From Camelus dromedarius (Eukaryota), in assembly GCF_036321535.1 (NCBI RefSeq), contig NC_087436.1, forward strand, positions 56,050,001-56,114,000: a stretch of DNA of 64,000 nt, written 5' to 3'. The notes beneath the pieces are model-generated. The model searched no databases, was not told the origin of the DNA, and was given only the letters and a program-made list of their open reading frames with translations. Positions 51,619-64,000 of the stretch are shown here, one piece after another; the stretch's first letter is position 1, and each line of letters starts with the position of its first letter. A program made the translations under genes and the position numbers.

Positions 51619-53689
51619 CCAGCCACCATCAGAACTCCTGTAGGCTGTGGGCACTTGCCACCATTCCTATGTGCTCATATCTTAAGCTCCATAGAATCTT
51701 GGGTGTATCACCGTCTTAAGAAGACAGCTGCTTCCCATACAGTTATTCCACTGCAACTTCCAAGGGTGGAAATCCTATAAAGAGTCATGATGTAACACAC
51801 AAGAAGAATGGCTTTTTGAATATATTTTAGTTGGAGATAACTTCTACCTAATCATTGAAACCGCTCTCTTTGTTGATTTTGTCATGTAAGTATTAGGAAA
51901 TGAACAATAGCACTGTGGTAAGACAGTATGGTGTGTCAAAGATAAAATGAAAAAACTGGTCTAAAATTCTGCCATTTGGGTCCCATGGCCAGAAGTTTTA
52001 AGTGCATTTCTTTACTACTCAATTACTGAAGGTGAACCAGACACTTTTAAAAATATTTTAATTTGAATACATTTTATCATGAAATTAAGATAAGTAAATA
52101 TCACCACCTTGCTTCATACATTAATGTTAAGATACATGTTAACCTTCAGCCTGAAGACATTTCAAGTTCTGTTTGTGTCTTTGGGCCATTGGTTTTTTAG
52201 TCAGTTACCCAACCCTGTTTTCTCTTCCTAGTTAAGGATATGCATGTGTTTAGATGTGTGGCTTATGTGTCAAGAATTGCCAGTCAAGAAATGGCAAGTA
52301 AATATGCACTAAATATAAGAAATGTAAGAAAACACCTTACTTGAGCCTAAACTTGATATGTTAACTCTGCTGCCATGAACATGTCTCCTTTGGCCTTGCT
52401 CTGATCACATCAGTGTACAAACACCTTTAAATGGAAAGCTTAAAGCCTGCCAAGAAGCAATCTTTTTTTTTTTTCCTCTCCTTTTTCTCCATTTAACTTT
52501 GAAAGTAGGAGGATTTGATTTTTTGATCTGCCAAGTAGCTGTCAACTCAGAAAAACTAGATTTTATTTCGTGGTGTTTAATTTCTTGATCTGGATTACGT
52601 GAACAAGAAAACGGCTACCAATCTAAACAGGTATAGGGGCAAGAAAAACAAAAGCTTTTACTCCATGAGTTCTTCATAGAATGCAGACACAAACTGTAGT
52701 GTGTATGATTAGACGGTAAACTCCAGGGATTTTGTTGTTTGTTTGTTTTTTTTAAGGATCACTAACTGTTATTTAGAGCAAGATGCAAAGTTCTCCTTCA
52801 AGTAGAAATCAAATTCTTAAGATGGTCTTTAAAGACAGTTTCAGACCCGTCATCTAGATGCTACTTTTCAAGTGCCACCTAATGAACTGGAAAAGGCCTT
52901 TATTAGCAAATTTTACTTGCATTTGGTCTACCATAGTGAAAGGCTTGTTTAGGGTGGGTTCTGCTTTCTCAAATTACCCTCTTTAAATAAACAGAGCAGG
53001 GGAAGAAAGCTTTTAGATGTATAACATGAAGCCATTACAAGAAGCTGAAAGTCAACCCATGAAAGAAAGAAGCTGTTTAGTGTGTTTCCAGTTAAGGATC
53101 TGGGTGGTGCTGGAGAGAGAATGGGAGATAATAGACTCCTAGTGACTGGGGGGCTGTCAAGAGACAGAAAACTGTAGCAGCTTTGTGGGAAAATAGAATT
53201 GCTGGCTTTGCCCACTTGACCTTTACTCTGAATAGATGGGCTTAAGAAGATCACAAAGGGCTTTGCAAAAAAAGTGGTCTGCTCAGTTCTTTTGGTTCCT
53301 GAAATTCTTCTTTTATTCAGAGGAGTTTTAAGTTTGTTTCTTGGTATCATTGAAGGAATTCCCTGAAATCTCTATTATCGTACCATAGGTGTGTGTTTTA
53401 AGTGAAGGCATTGCTCACGTGAAGGCATTGCATCATGTTTCCTGTGCTGCAGTGAGATGGAGTGTGTTTATGAGGAAGGATTACTGAACAGGGACCCCAG
53501 CATCAGTACACATTATCACTCCTATCAAAGGCATTCATTGAGTCCCCATCTATGTTTCTGGGTAAATGCATAATCTTATTTAAATCAGAAACACAATCAC
53601 CATTTGAAAGCACAATGTATATCAAATGCATGTACCCTGCTATGTAGATGAAAGGCTTGTAGATTAATTGCCAGCATTTTCAGAAAATA

Positions 53690-54070
53690 GGGCTTGACAG
53701 TAGTGGTTCATGGGAAAAAGATCGGGGAGATTTTAGTTAAGTACCAGTTGAATTCATGCCAAGGTTATGACGTGGTAGCCAACAAGTCTATTTAATCTTG
53801 TAAGTTGCATTTATGGAATTATAATTTCCTGCCCTAAGATACATGAACACTGATTGTGCATTTAAAAATTGTGTCCAGTTACGAACATCCCACTTCCAAA
53901 TAAAATTGGCAGGTTTGAGAATATACAGAGGATACTACTTTCCAAACACCTTTGAGGAAAGATAGAATTGATCCTATTTAACAGAGAAGACTTGTGACTT
54001 AGGTGGAAGAGAAATGATAGGCATGACCACAGATTGCAAATACCTGAAGGCCTATTATATAGAAGAATAT
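53690..54070 (+). mobile_element. L3/CR1 LINE fragment
   Basis: gttcatgggaaaaagatcggggagattttagtt...tgacgtggtagccaacaag...ttgtgtccagtt...caaatacctgaagg follows the L3 ORF2 3' region. Confidence 0.75.
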
Positions 54071-54099
54071 CATTTGTGGGGTTTCACAAAATTTATGGT

Positions 54100-54625
54100 T
54101 TCTCATACCATGTAAATTATGCCAGGATAAATGACAGATGGATTAAAGAGATAACAGAAAATGTTGAGAAACCATAAAAATTGTGTTGAGAAACACAAGA
54201 AAATAGAAGCAAATATTTAACTTCTTTTGGAGTTTAAACGAATGACATCAAATCAAGAAACCATAAAGAAAATATTAATGGTTAAGAGTGGGAATATCTA
54301 AATTATTCAAAAATTCTTTAGAGTTGTAATAAAAAATTTAAAATACAAAGAAGCTGAAACAATTATAAAAAATCATGCCAAGAACAGGCAATGATATGAA
54401 TACCTGTTCACATTATGATGTTGAGTAAAAAGATCACTACATCAAGGTTTAATTATTTAAGTTGTAATATATATATTAAAATAACTGAAGAGATCCTTTT
54501 TAATGGATTTCTCTGGGTGATTAAATTGTTGATGTTTAAAATTTATTTTTAGTATTCCTGTATTTTCCAAAAGTTTACATAATAATTCTTTTTTTCTTTA
54601 TGTTTGTAAAAAGTTATATAAAAAG
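54100..54625 (+). mobile_element. Old L1 (L1ME4-like) fragment inserted in L3
   Basis: ctcataccat...cagatggattaaaga...gaaaccataaaa (ORF2 relic) and ggatttctctgggtg...ctgtattttccaaaa (3' end). Confidence 0.7.
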
Positions 54626-54689
54626 CAAAAGATACAGAAATAAAGGAAGTGATTTAATATTTAAGCCTTGCAGTAGATATAGTTAAAGT

Positions 54690-54875
54690 CAATAAAAAGA
54701 AGACATACCTAGCAATTAAACTTTTAACAGTGTCTCCTGTGCTATGGGCTATGCCTTTCACTAGAAAAGTTTATGTATAAAAATCATAATATATCAGAGA
54801 TATTATAGGATGGATTGCCCTCGTGAAGAGAAGGAGCCTGGATTCGAGGATCTCAAATGCCCTTTCAACACTTAA
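54690..54875 (+). mobile_element. L3/CR1 3' end fragment (continuation)
   Basis: tcactagaaaagttt...ggatctcaaatgccctttcaacact resembles the CR1/L3 terminus. Confidence 0.55.
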
Positions 54876-55066
54876 CTTCCAGGGGGCAGTTTACAGTTTG
54901 AAAGATTATGCAGATTGGAGCTGAAAAGTGACATAGAAATCTACAACTTCAAGTTATGTAGACATTTTTTAAATGAGAAGATGGAGCCTCAGAGAGTCAT
55001 TATAATGGGAAAGAAAGCAGCTGATTAAAGTTTCCTGGACCCTATGCCAGCTCTTTTCCCTCCTGC

Positions 55067-55276
55067 AGAGAAAATAGTTTGGTGGTTAAAAGTGCATGGA
55101 TTTGGATTCCAAACCAATCACTTCTAGTTTCTGTACTTCTCTGTGCCTCATTTCTTCATCTGTAAAAGTAAAAGGGTTATTATACTTCCAAGGTTGCTGA
55201 GAGGATTGAATACTTTAATATACATAAAGCACTCAGCAGAGCTCCCAACATATGTGAGCAATCGATATTACCTATT
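55067..55276 (+). mobile_element. MIR SINE
   Basis: gtggttaaaagtgcatggatttgga...ctctgtgcctcatttcttcatctgtaaaa...ggttgctgagaggattgaat...taaagcactcagcag. Confidence 0.85.
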
Positions 55277-58200
55277 CCTCATATATTAAATATATAAAAT
55301 TTCTATATGAGAAGTTCGGTGTTACCATTTTGGCTTCTCTGGATGGGCATGTATATATGGAATATGTGGGAGGAAAGGAATGTCAAGGGTTATTCCAATT
55401 TATTCATTTATTTGAATGATAGCTTAGTACCTTTGAAGTCTCTCACCAGATTTCTCATCCCTCAATAAAATTTACTAAGAATTTTATGAAACAGAGAGAG
55501 AAAAAATAGAGCCTGTTTTAATATTTCCCTCATGGGGGAAGAAAGATGGCAGCTTTTTATGCGTAAATCAATGCTGTCTTTTTTATTTAGTTTTCATTGT
55601 TTATGGAAACTAATTTTGTTATGTAGTTATCCATGTTGAGAGCTTCTAGCTTAGACCATGAGCATATTTCTATTTATTCTAGAAACAATAATAACTATAT
55701 TGAAATTTTTTTTTCACTGTCATTTGTGTCTTTAACTCAGAAAATTATGGAGGTGTTACAGAATGTTTACTTTAGAGTTACTAGAGCCTGGCTCTTGACC
55801 ACACAAATACAAATTGTCCAATCAAGACCACCACCACTTTCCGTATGTTTAATAATGGTGTTCCTGAGGTTTAAAAATCAGCAAGTTTATAGTTCTGAAA
55901 TTGTGGATTGATATTTTTGTTTTGTACGGATGATGTCTATAGTCATCGCTGGGATTCCATTTTCAAGAATTCTTTCCTCAGTGGCCTCCTTCATGGTTTT
56001 GTTGTTTTGTATCTGGAAGAGGGAATACACCTAACCACCCATGTGAGTACAAACACACAAGTACAGCAGAATTATCTACTGGCAGCCATTATCTGTAAAA
56101 CTAATTAAAGAGACTAGCATATTAACATGCACGCCATGAAGCCAACTCCATTCTCTCCAGAGTATTCTCTCATTGAGATACAAGGACTTTATCTTTGGCC
56201 CAGTGGGTGTGAACTAATTGAGATGTCATTAAAAATAAGGAAGTCAGTTAAAAAGGTTAGAGGAGATGGATGTTGTTGCAAAATTGTCAATTTGCAAGTA
56301 GACATTTTTTAGCAAAAATACAGCCTCCAGTTGCAGATCGAATCAATGGCAAGAAGGGGGAGGGCTGGAAAGGGGAGACAATAGAGAAAAATAATGTCTC
56401 AAAGAGAAAATAAGAGCAGGACCCTAATTGAAATGGGAAGCACTCTCATTTTAGAAAATGTTTCCTTAACAGATTGTTCTAGCCCTCTGCCTCAAGGTTT
56501 TTGATTAAATTAATGATGGTAGTGATAAGCTCCATTAGTGTTGCTGTTTCCAGAGGGACATTTTCTATAGCCTTCTCTTCTCCTTCCTTCCCCAAATCTC
56601 AGGTATGACAATAAAATTGCTAATTGAGGCCAGAACAAGCCAAGAAGATGAACTTATTATTACTATGCAAATACAGACAATCCAGGAAATTAATATTTCA
56701 TGTGTGCCTACCTAAATGAGTAATGTTTCCATTATGGGCTTCATGTCACTCAGCTGGGAAGCTGTTGCTGCAGCTTGTTGTCGTCAGTGAGGTCTTGAAC
56801 TTCTCTTTTTTGTTGCATGTTGCCTGCTGTCCTGGGACCAGTCAGCACATCTGACATGTGTTCGGTTTGCCCTTGCTGTTACCACAGATCTTCTACCAGT
56901 ACAAATAGATGAGCTTACTATGATCCATGGGACATTATCAACTTGATCTTCTGTCTTGATAGGAAAGTGTTAGAGAAAAAAAGCATCCAAGTTCTAGATA
57001 ATAAAGGAGGGGAGAAATGTTTCAGTAAAATGAACCATAAAATCCATAATAGGGGATATGATAGAGACTCTACTATGCAGCATAATTATCTTAGAGCTTT
57101 GGAAAACACAATAAAAAGAGTGTTACTTTGGGGGCCCTGAAATAGTTACATTAAATTATCATAACCATTCGTTTGCTAAATGCCATTATATTTCATATTC
57201 TGAGGAAAACTCTTGTAGTTAACAATTAACATGTTGTGTATGTGTGTGTGAGTGTGACAAAGAGAGTGTGAAGCAATTTTGGTTTTAACCTTGTGATTCT
57301 TGTTTTGAATTAAATATCAAATAATAGATCTGCTACATAAGAGCAGAAACCCAAAGAACATCTTCTTTGTAATCTACCATAGTAGTTGAAATAATACTAA
57401 GCATTCAAATAGATGTTTGAGAAATACGTAGAATTTAATTTATTTTTTCTTCCCTAATCTTGTTGAAAAATAAATTCCAGAAGTGGAGGAAGGAGATGAA
57501 TGACAGAGAAAAGTGGGCTTCATTCTGTCTCCAAAACAATTGATTCAGATATTATCCTTTACAGTTTATTAAATCTTTCTTTACTTTTATGAAGAATACA
57601 CTACAGTTATAAGTTGTATTCTATAGTAGAGAGACTTTTAGGTTAACTAGAGTCAGAAAAACCTGTTCCAAAATGATCACGTGGAAGTTTGGAGGATGCA
57701 GTTATTTGTTTAGACAGAAATGAGAGGGCAGTTCATGCTTGATGATTGAGACAGGGAAAAACATTGCTTATATTTGCCCAGATGCAGTGGAAAGATTGAG
57801 GTAGAACATTACAGAGATTGAGGATAGTTAGATCTTTCAGAAAAACTGGCCCTAAATCTCAACATCTTGGAATTAAATCCTGGGATGGCCTTGGTTTGCT
57901 AATCGCAAGTGTTAATCATATGATTTATAAAATTTGATCAAAATAGCTTTTGTTCTTCTTTACTGGAGTATTTTCTTCATTTAAATTCTTTTAAAAATGT
58001 AACCTGGATTATGTACATTTCTCTTTTCTGATCCTTTTTGAGTTTCATGTATTTTTTCCATGTTACTCACAGTAAGTATATTAATGCCTCCATGAAAGAG
58101 AAGAGTATGGTTTCTCCTATGTTTACAGGACCTCTTGGTTGAAGCCAATGTTCTGTTGAACTTCTAAATTATTACAGCTTATTGTAATGAAATCTAAAAA

Positions 58201-59538
58201 ACCCCCCTCCCATTTAAAAGAAAGGAAAACAAAGTGGACAAGTAAGTCATTTAAACCAATTCAGAACTCTAAAAAAATTTTATATTTTTCAGTATATACA
58301 TCAATAAAACATACTTGCATGAAGTTTTATTGGGAAATATTTATCAATCCCCTTTTCAAAAAGAAAAGTGTACCAAGTACTGATAGCTACAACAAATTAA
58401 ATTTGTTGGATCTCTAGGCTTATGAAAATATGATTTTTTTTGTTTATGTGTCCTCTTTGATACGAAGATAACTGACATTCTCAATGAAGTTGCTTACTAA
58501 AAAGACTAAATCTGCCTCAATTTTATGTCAGACATCCCTAATGAATGTAACAAGGAAGAATAGTTGGACTTGGAACCTAAAGATATGGTCTTGGTCTGTG
58601 AGTTTTCATCCTATTTTAAGGGGTGGGGATTCATAACACTTTTCAGTAAGTCTTATTTAACCTGATCCATCTTTTTCCAGACACACAGTAAGTGCAGAAT
58701 AAATTAACATTTTAAATTCTTACTAAGGCTTTGTTTTCATATTTGATTCTTTGTATTTATTCTCAGGCCCTCTCAAGCAGAAATGTTGAAAATGCCATTT
58801 CCTCATAAAAAGACCTTCAAAGTGATAGAAATATTGTGTTGCACAGCAAGTTCTTTTTGTTTGTAAGCTCTTGTGAACAAGATCATGCTATCCTTTTCTA
58901 AAAGAACTATTGTGCTATTCTGAGCTTATATTTTAGAAGTTAAATTCTAGAAGGCAAGAATGCTTGCTTTGGTTTGGGTATTTTATATTATCTAGTATAT
59001 CCATTATAGCATCAGGAGTAATTAGTATTTTATAAATGTTCAAAATGTACCAAAAAACCACCACTCTAGGAGTGAATTCCCTGGGTGCTGAGCTCTGAAA
59101 GAAGAAAAGTTGAGGGTCTTTAGGGTGGTTAGGGTGGTGAGGTGGTGACTGCATTACCACATTACTGCAACATTCTGTCTATGTACAGCTCAATAAATAT
59201 TCGTTTACTTTAATTGAGTGAGCATAAATAGCATTTACCAGAAAGCCTTTGCTGGCAGCCAGCCACATTAGGCTGTGGAGAACCATAGAATAATCCCCCT
59301 GGAGTTGGAGGGAGCACAACCTCTTTTTAGTGTCCACCTTTGCTCAAAGGGGAGACTCGGGTTGTAAGATCAATTAGGATTTCATTCTGATCACTAGTAA
59401 ATAGTTTAATAGAAAACATTTCATAACATCATAAAGAATCTGTGGACAAAAAAGCAAATGGAGTAAAATACTAGGTTTTCAGGTAATTATTTTATTTTTT
59501 AGTGGTTTTCATCATCTTAAGAAATGAAGAATTACCTT

Positions 59539-59620
59539 CTCAGTGGTAGTGCTTAGCATGCAGGAGGTCCTGGGCTCAATCCTCAGTACCTCCATTAAAA
59601 TAAATAAATAAATAAACCTA
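59539..59620 (+). mobile_element. Vic-1-like tRNA-Ala SINE, 5'-truncated and lacking the distal tail
   Basis: ctcagtggtagtgcttagcatgcaggaggtcctgggctcaatcctcagtacctccattaaaataaataaataaataaaccta; TSD gaagaattaccttctc (59526-59541) / gaagaattactttctc (59621-59636). Confidence 0.88.
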
Positions 59621-60882
59621 GAAGAATTACTTTCTCTATCCATGTTTAAATAATGGCAGGATTACTTTGTCATCGGAATTTCCCTGACGCAAAACTGGGT
59701 GAGCTGGAGGGAATATTTAGAAACCAGCCAAAAAACCCCTTGACACAGTTTGCTCCATCTCCATCAACCATTTATCACAAACTTGATGTCTTAATGTTTC
59801 AGCTGTCAGAATATTGACTTCAATCTAATGAAGCCTATGTTTTTGTTTATACCATCTCAATTCCAAGTATCTCTGAAAAGAAAAATTAAGGGATGTCAGA
59901 AATATAGAGGATTATTGTCTCACTTAATGAGATGGATACTCCCTAAACAAACTGAAGGCAGTGTTATGGAAAGTGAGCAGCAGGAAAACATCCTGAAGTC
60001 CAGGGAGGCAGCGGTGGGGGGAGGATTGAGATTAGTCTGGGATGTTTGCCTGGTGTTGGCCTCTGACTGTGAGGAAGAGCAGGGACTGTCTTGTAATCAT
60101 TTTTCACCTTTCTAAAGAAAGTTGGATTTTCTTTTGTTAGCACTGAAAGCTTTACTTATTCTCAAAGTTTTACCTTTTCTCTTTATAAATGCTCAGGCGT
60201 CAGAGCCATGGGCATTCGGTTTACTTGTTCAATAAACAATATTCAGGTTGTTATAGTAGAAGACAGTCCTCAGGTTACTACACAAACTTCCCATCCCCAG
60301 CCTGGCAACCCTATGCAGCTGGACATTTTAGATCGCAGCATGATTCCTTGTAATACATTTTCTTTTCATCCTTTCTTTCTTAATTTTGTGTTTCTTAAAA
60401 TTTTTAACCAAGTTTATTCTAAAAACTGCTTATCAGAGAACATAAACTCCTCTTTTTCAAAAACTATCAATAAGATAAAGCGAAAACCACTTGTCATGGC
60501 ATTTCTAATCATACTTGTATAGTTCTAGAATTGAATTCTGAAAGAGAATAGTAACCTCAGACTGATGTTTCAAAGGAAGACACAGATGTTTTTGAAATAT
60601 GTCATCATTCACTCTGGCAAGACTAAGGCTATAAAGCTATTAGAGTTTACAGTCACGAACGAGTAGGTGGGGTCCTCACTGCTCCTTCACCTGAGTGAAG
60701 GAATTGTCCAGGAGTTTGGGGGATGAGAAAACGTTCCTTGGGGACTTTTTGCCCACTCCCAAGCTGCCACTTCTCTATACTAAAGAAGGAGTCGTGATAA
60801 AGTTTCTAATCACTTCACGTGATCATCAAATATCTTAATTTATCAGTAAGTCATTTTCTTTGGAAGAAGCTCCCTGGTGCTT

Positions 60883-60894
60883 GGGGGGGGGGGG
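60883..60894. repeat. G12 homopolymer
   Basis: Read directly. Confidence 0.9.
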
Positions 60895-61098
60895 CTATGC
60901 AGAGGCGTGTTTGTACAGAAAAGGAAACTCAGGAAGACAAACTTCAGTTGTTTTAAGCTTCTCTAAGAACTGACCTGATAGCAAGCAAATAAGTCCATTT
61001 CAAATTGTGAAAGTAAAATCCCACAATTTGAAAGCACCCTAAAAAGTTTGGAGGAGATACATTTAGGTCAAATAAAGTGAAATACTAAAGAAAATTAT

Positions 61099-61143
61099 GA
61101 ACAGAAGACTATGGAACAGAAGACTATGAAACAGAAGATTATA
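61099..61143. repeat. Minisatellite, 3 x 15 bp (gaacagaagactatg)
   Basis: Two identical units plus a third, aaacagaagattata. Confidence 0.9.
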
Positions 61144-62149
61144 ACTGTCTTGAGGAGTAAAACAAAAATGTAACTAGACTCATAAAGCATTTAGCTAAAT
61201 TCCTGGATAAAGCATATTTATTTATTTAGGGAGCATTTGGGTATGTATCCCTAATCTTTTGCAGTTGATGTTATGGGAGGGAAAAAATAGTTATTGCTCG
61301 TCCCAGAGTGCCATTATATCAGAATTCTTTGCATAAAATTGATAGAGCATTCTTGGATTTTTAAAGGCTCTCTCATGCTTTGCATTTCATAAATAGTTAT
61401 TTTAATTGTGCTTGATAACAGGTCAGGGGAGAGGAAATAACTGCTGTGGCTATGACAAAACAACAGATAACAGCCACATTTTTATTTGGACTTGGCGTAA
61501 TGCCAGAGGCATACACTCAGTCCTATGCATGCACATTCGCCTACTTGTTCCCTTTGTGCCTGCCCCCATTTCCTTCCTGCCTTGGCTCTACTTCATGAAT
61601 AATCGCCGTATGAAGGATGAAATACAACTATGAAATGTTATGTCAATTACAGAGACTTTATATGATGCTAATTAGCTTAGGAACTGAAGATGCTTGCCTC
61701 CTTTTTCCTCTAAATTAGTTTTAATCAATCTGAACAACATCCCAAGGAAACATTTTCAAGGAGAATTACAAAATGGTCATCAAGAGGATGATTTTTCTTG
61801 CTCACTAAATGTGAAAATCACTATGCAACAAGTGCACGATGTCAAACACTAGAGTTTATTAATAATGAAGGTAACAGAATATAGGTCAAAGAGCTCCGTA
61901 GTGGGAGAAGACACATTTAAAACAAATGATTGAACTTAATGCACATCCAGAACTTACAGTGCTAATTTATGTAAAAAGATGTATTAAATCTCCACCTGGC
62001 AAAATCATTTCCATATACAATTCTTTTTCCTGTGTGCCATTAGAGCTGTAGTTTCTCATACTACAGAGGTCCTGATAGGGCTCATTCTGAAATATACAAA
62101 AATAAAATATGCAAGAGCAGGAGGAGAATGAGGATCACCTAGCCCACAC

Positions 62150-62365
62150 TTAACAGTGAATAAGCATGTGGTTTGGGACACTGAACAGACTTGGGTTCAA
62201 TTCTTGTTTCTAGCACTTAACTTACCTTGGGCAAGTTCCTTGGCCGCAGTTTCTCACCAGTAAGAGACTGTCATAGAATCTCCCTCATAGGGCTATTTAA
62301 AGAAATAAATGAAACAATAGATTTAACACCCCTTCAATTCCTGGAATGGAAGTTTGAGCTATCAC
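62150..62365 (+). mobile_element. MIR SINE
   Basis: acagacttgggttcaattcttgtttctagcactt...accttgggcaagtt...cagtttctca...cctcatagggct. Confidence 0.8.
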
Positions 62366-64000
62366 TGGTACTCATCTAGTTCTAATGTATGCATTCCATA
62401 CGTCTGTATGGAGTGTTTACCTTGTGGCAGGATAGGCACTCTGCTGGGTCCTTTTAAACAGCATTAAACATTATTTATTAACTACACTGTTAAATGCTTA
62501 TTTTTCCAAGAAGCACAAGCTATTTAATTATGTCATATATTTTTGTCCTGTTGCTCTGTGACTTGGACATGATGTGTAGACATTTTGATAATGATGTCAT
62601 AGAAGTTTTGGAAGTGAAAGCATATTTCTGTAATGCTGATAAAAATATATTTAAGCAAACTGGACCTAACTGTTCTAATTGCCAGAAAAATCCAATATGC
62701 CTTGAATCAGATTATATCTCTTCTTAATTTTTACACATTAATTTGCTATCTGTCCCCTGGAGCCAGGGAACTGAGGTAGCACTTATACATGACAGCAGAG
62801 ATTTTGTATCATATCCGCATCCTTATCTGCCCCCTCCCCTTTTTTCTGTTGTTGTTTAAGTCACTTTCCCCGAGATAGTCTCTAGTTATTTGGTGTTCCA
62901 CTTGGATTTTAAAGGCAAATGCAGTTCAAAGATGGATCAAAGAGTGAACGCTCCTTAAATTAAACTTTCTAGTTCTCTAGGGAAACTACAGTGCACACCA
63001 CCATTTCAGGTGCTTCCTCACTCTAAAAACTCATATTTAGTCAGTAATCTTTCAAAACCCTTAGCCCGAGTGCCCATAGAAACACTGACAGATAGTTCCC
63101 TTGTCTCTGCTGACAAGCAGGTCCATCCATGAAATAAGTGCTTGAAAGTTCTTCCTTACATTGGCTTAAATCTTTCTAACTTCCATTAACCATTCTTTTT
63201 CTAACTTTCATTCTATTTCTGCCCTCTGGACACTCATAAGTAAATTTACTACAAAGCCCCCTTTCTCTCACTTATTTGGTCCGATTTTAATCTTAACATG
63301 CCTAGTTCCATCGTGTTTTTACATCATCTGATGAAGTTTTAAGTTGGGGTTGGGGGACAAAGGGACATTATTATATTTCAGTTATTGCCTACTAAAAAAG
63401 CAATAATTTTAACTTTGCAATTTAATTTTAATTTTTAAAAAATCCATTTTCAGAGCACTTGAAAATTGGTTTCAAAGCAAGTGCCTTTTTTTTCAGAATG
63501 ATGGATTCATACTTCAGGTTGCCTCTTAACACCTGCATGTCCTGGACTCCAACAATAAATCCACCGTATTTATCCCATACTTTCTAATGATTCATCATGG
63601 ACACCCTGCAAGTTTGTCAACTATTAAAGTTGTTTTGGAAATAAGTTGTGACACATGTGATAAGGCTTATTTTAAAAATCAGCATTGCTTTAATGAAAAT
63701 GAGGCATTGAACTTATTAAAACCAGACAATTAACTTAATGAATAGTATGTAAATCATGTCCGGGGACTAGGAAAGTGACTGACACAGAAAAGACTCTCAA
63801 ATATCAACTCAATCAGTGAATAGTCAGTTTAATGTAGTCATTCTGGTTTTTTTTACTGACTTGCTTTTTTGTTTGTTTTTCTTTGAAATCTGTGGGGACT
63901 TGGGGGGAGGTGGGGCACTCCAGGTGTTTGCTATGAATCATCTGTGTTCCCAGCTCCATCTGAGATTTGGTTTCAGAAAGATTAAAGGTAGGAAGCTATA

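Noticed and set aside
52949..53350. Longest ORF (133 aa, - strand)
   Set aside because: No recognisable domain or clear exon structure; this length is plausible by chance in six frames of 64 kb.
52872..54889. CTCF-like cores at 52872-52885 (-) and 54876-54889 (+)
   Set aside because: Each has two mismatches in the 5' CCAS part; such matches are expected by chance without ChIP support.
59119..59146. Telomere-like TTAGGG pair / G-quadruplex
   Set aside because: Only two non-adjacent TTAGGG units and mostly GG runs; not an interstitial telomere array.
1..64000. ORF-track entries as protein-coding genes; any prokaryotic-type system (operon, CRISPR, defence locus)
   Set aside because: The DNA is mammalian and repeat-rich. 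ORFs are 60-133 aa, often with non-ATG starts, compositionally like translated AT-rich DNA, and match no protein I recognise. There is no repeat-spacer array.

Overview
AT-rich, CpG-depleted, non-coding placental-mammal DNA, most likely from a camelid. That call rests on two tRNA-Ala-derived Vic-1-like SINEs and a young L1 3' end of camelid type, with no Alu, B1/B2, Bov-tA/BovB, PRE1 or Can-SINE seen. No protein-coding gene or exon is recognisable. All ORF-track entries (60-133 aa) look like chance ORFs, many inside decayed repeats. The window is a mosaic of old eutherian repeats (L2, MIR, L3/CR1, L1M, MLT1/MLT2 solo LTRs, MER5/Charlie MITEs, a complete Tigger13-like element), a few lineage-specific insertions with target-site duplications (TSDs), microsatellites, and several repeat-free motif-dense blocks that may be conserved enhancers. 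LTR orientation suggests a long intron of a + strand gene. The most curious items are: a possible ancient LTR-PBS-gag remnant at ~28.7-29.5 kb; a tail-less SINE apparently primed by target-site homology; a templated local duplication inside an L1; two perfect palindromes; and a few exon/microexon-like signals. I see no evidence for a novel multi-gene system. Repeat family names come from recalled consensus sequences, not from a database search, and boundaries of old repeats are approximate.
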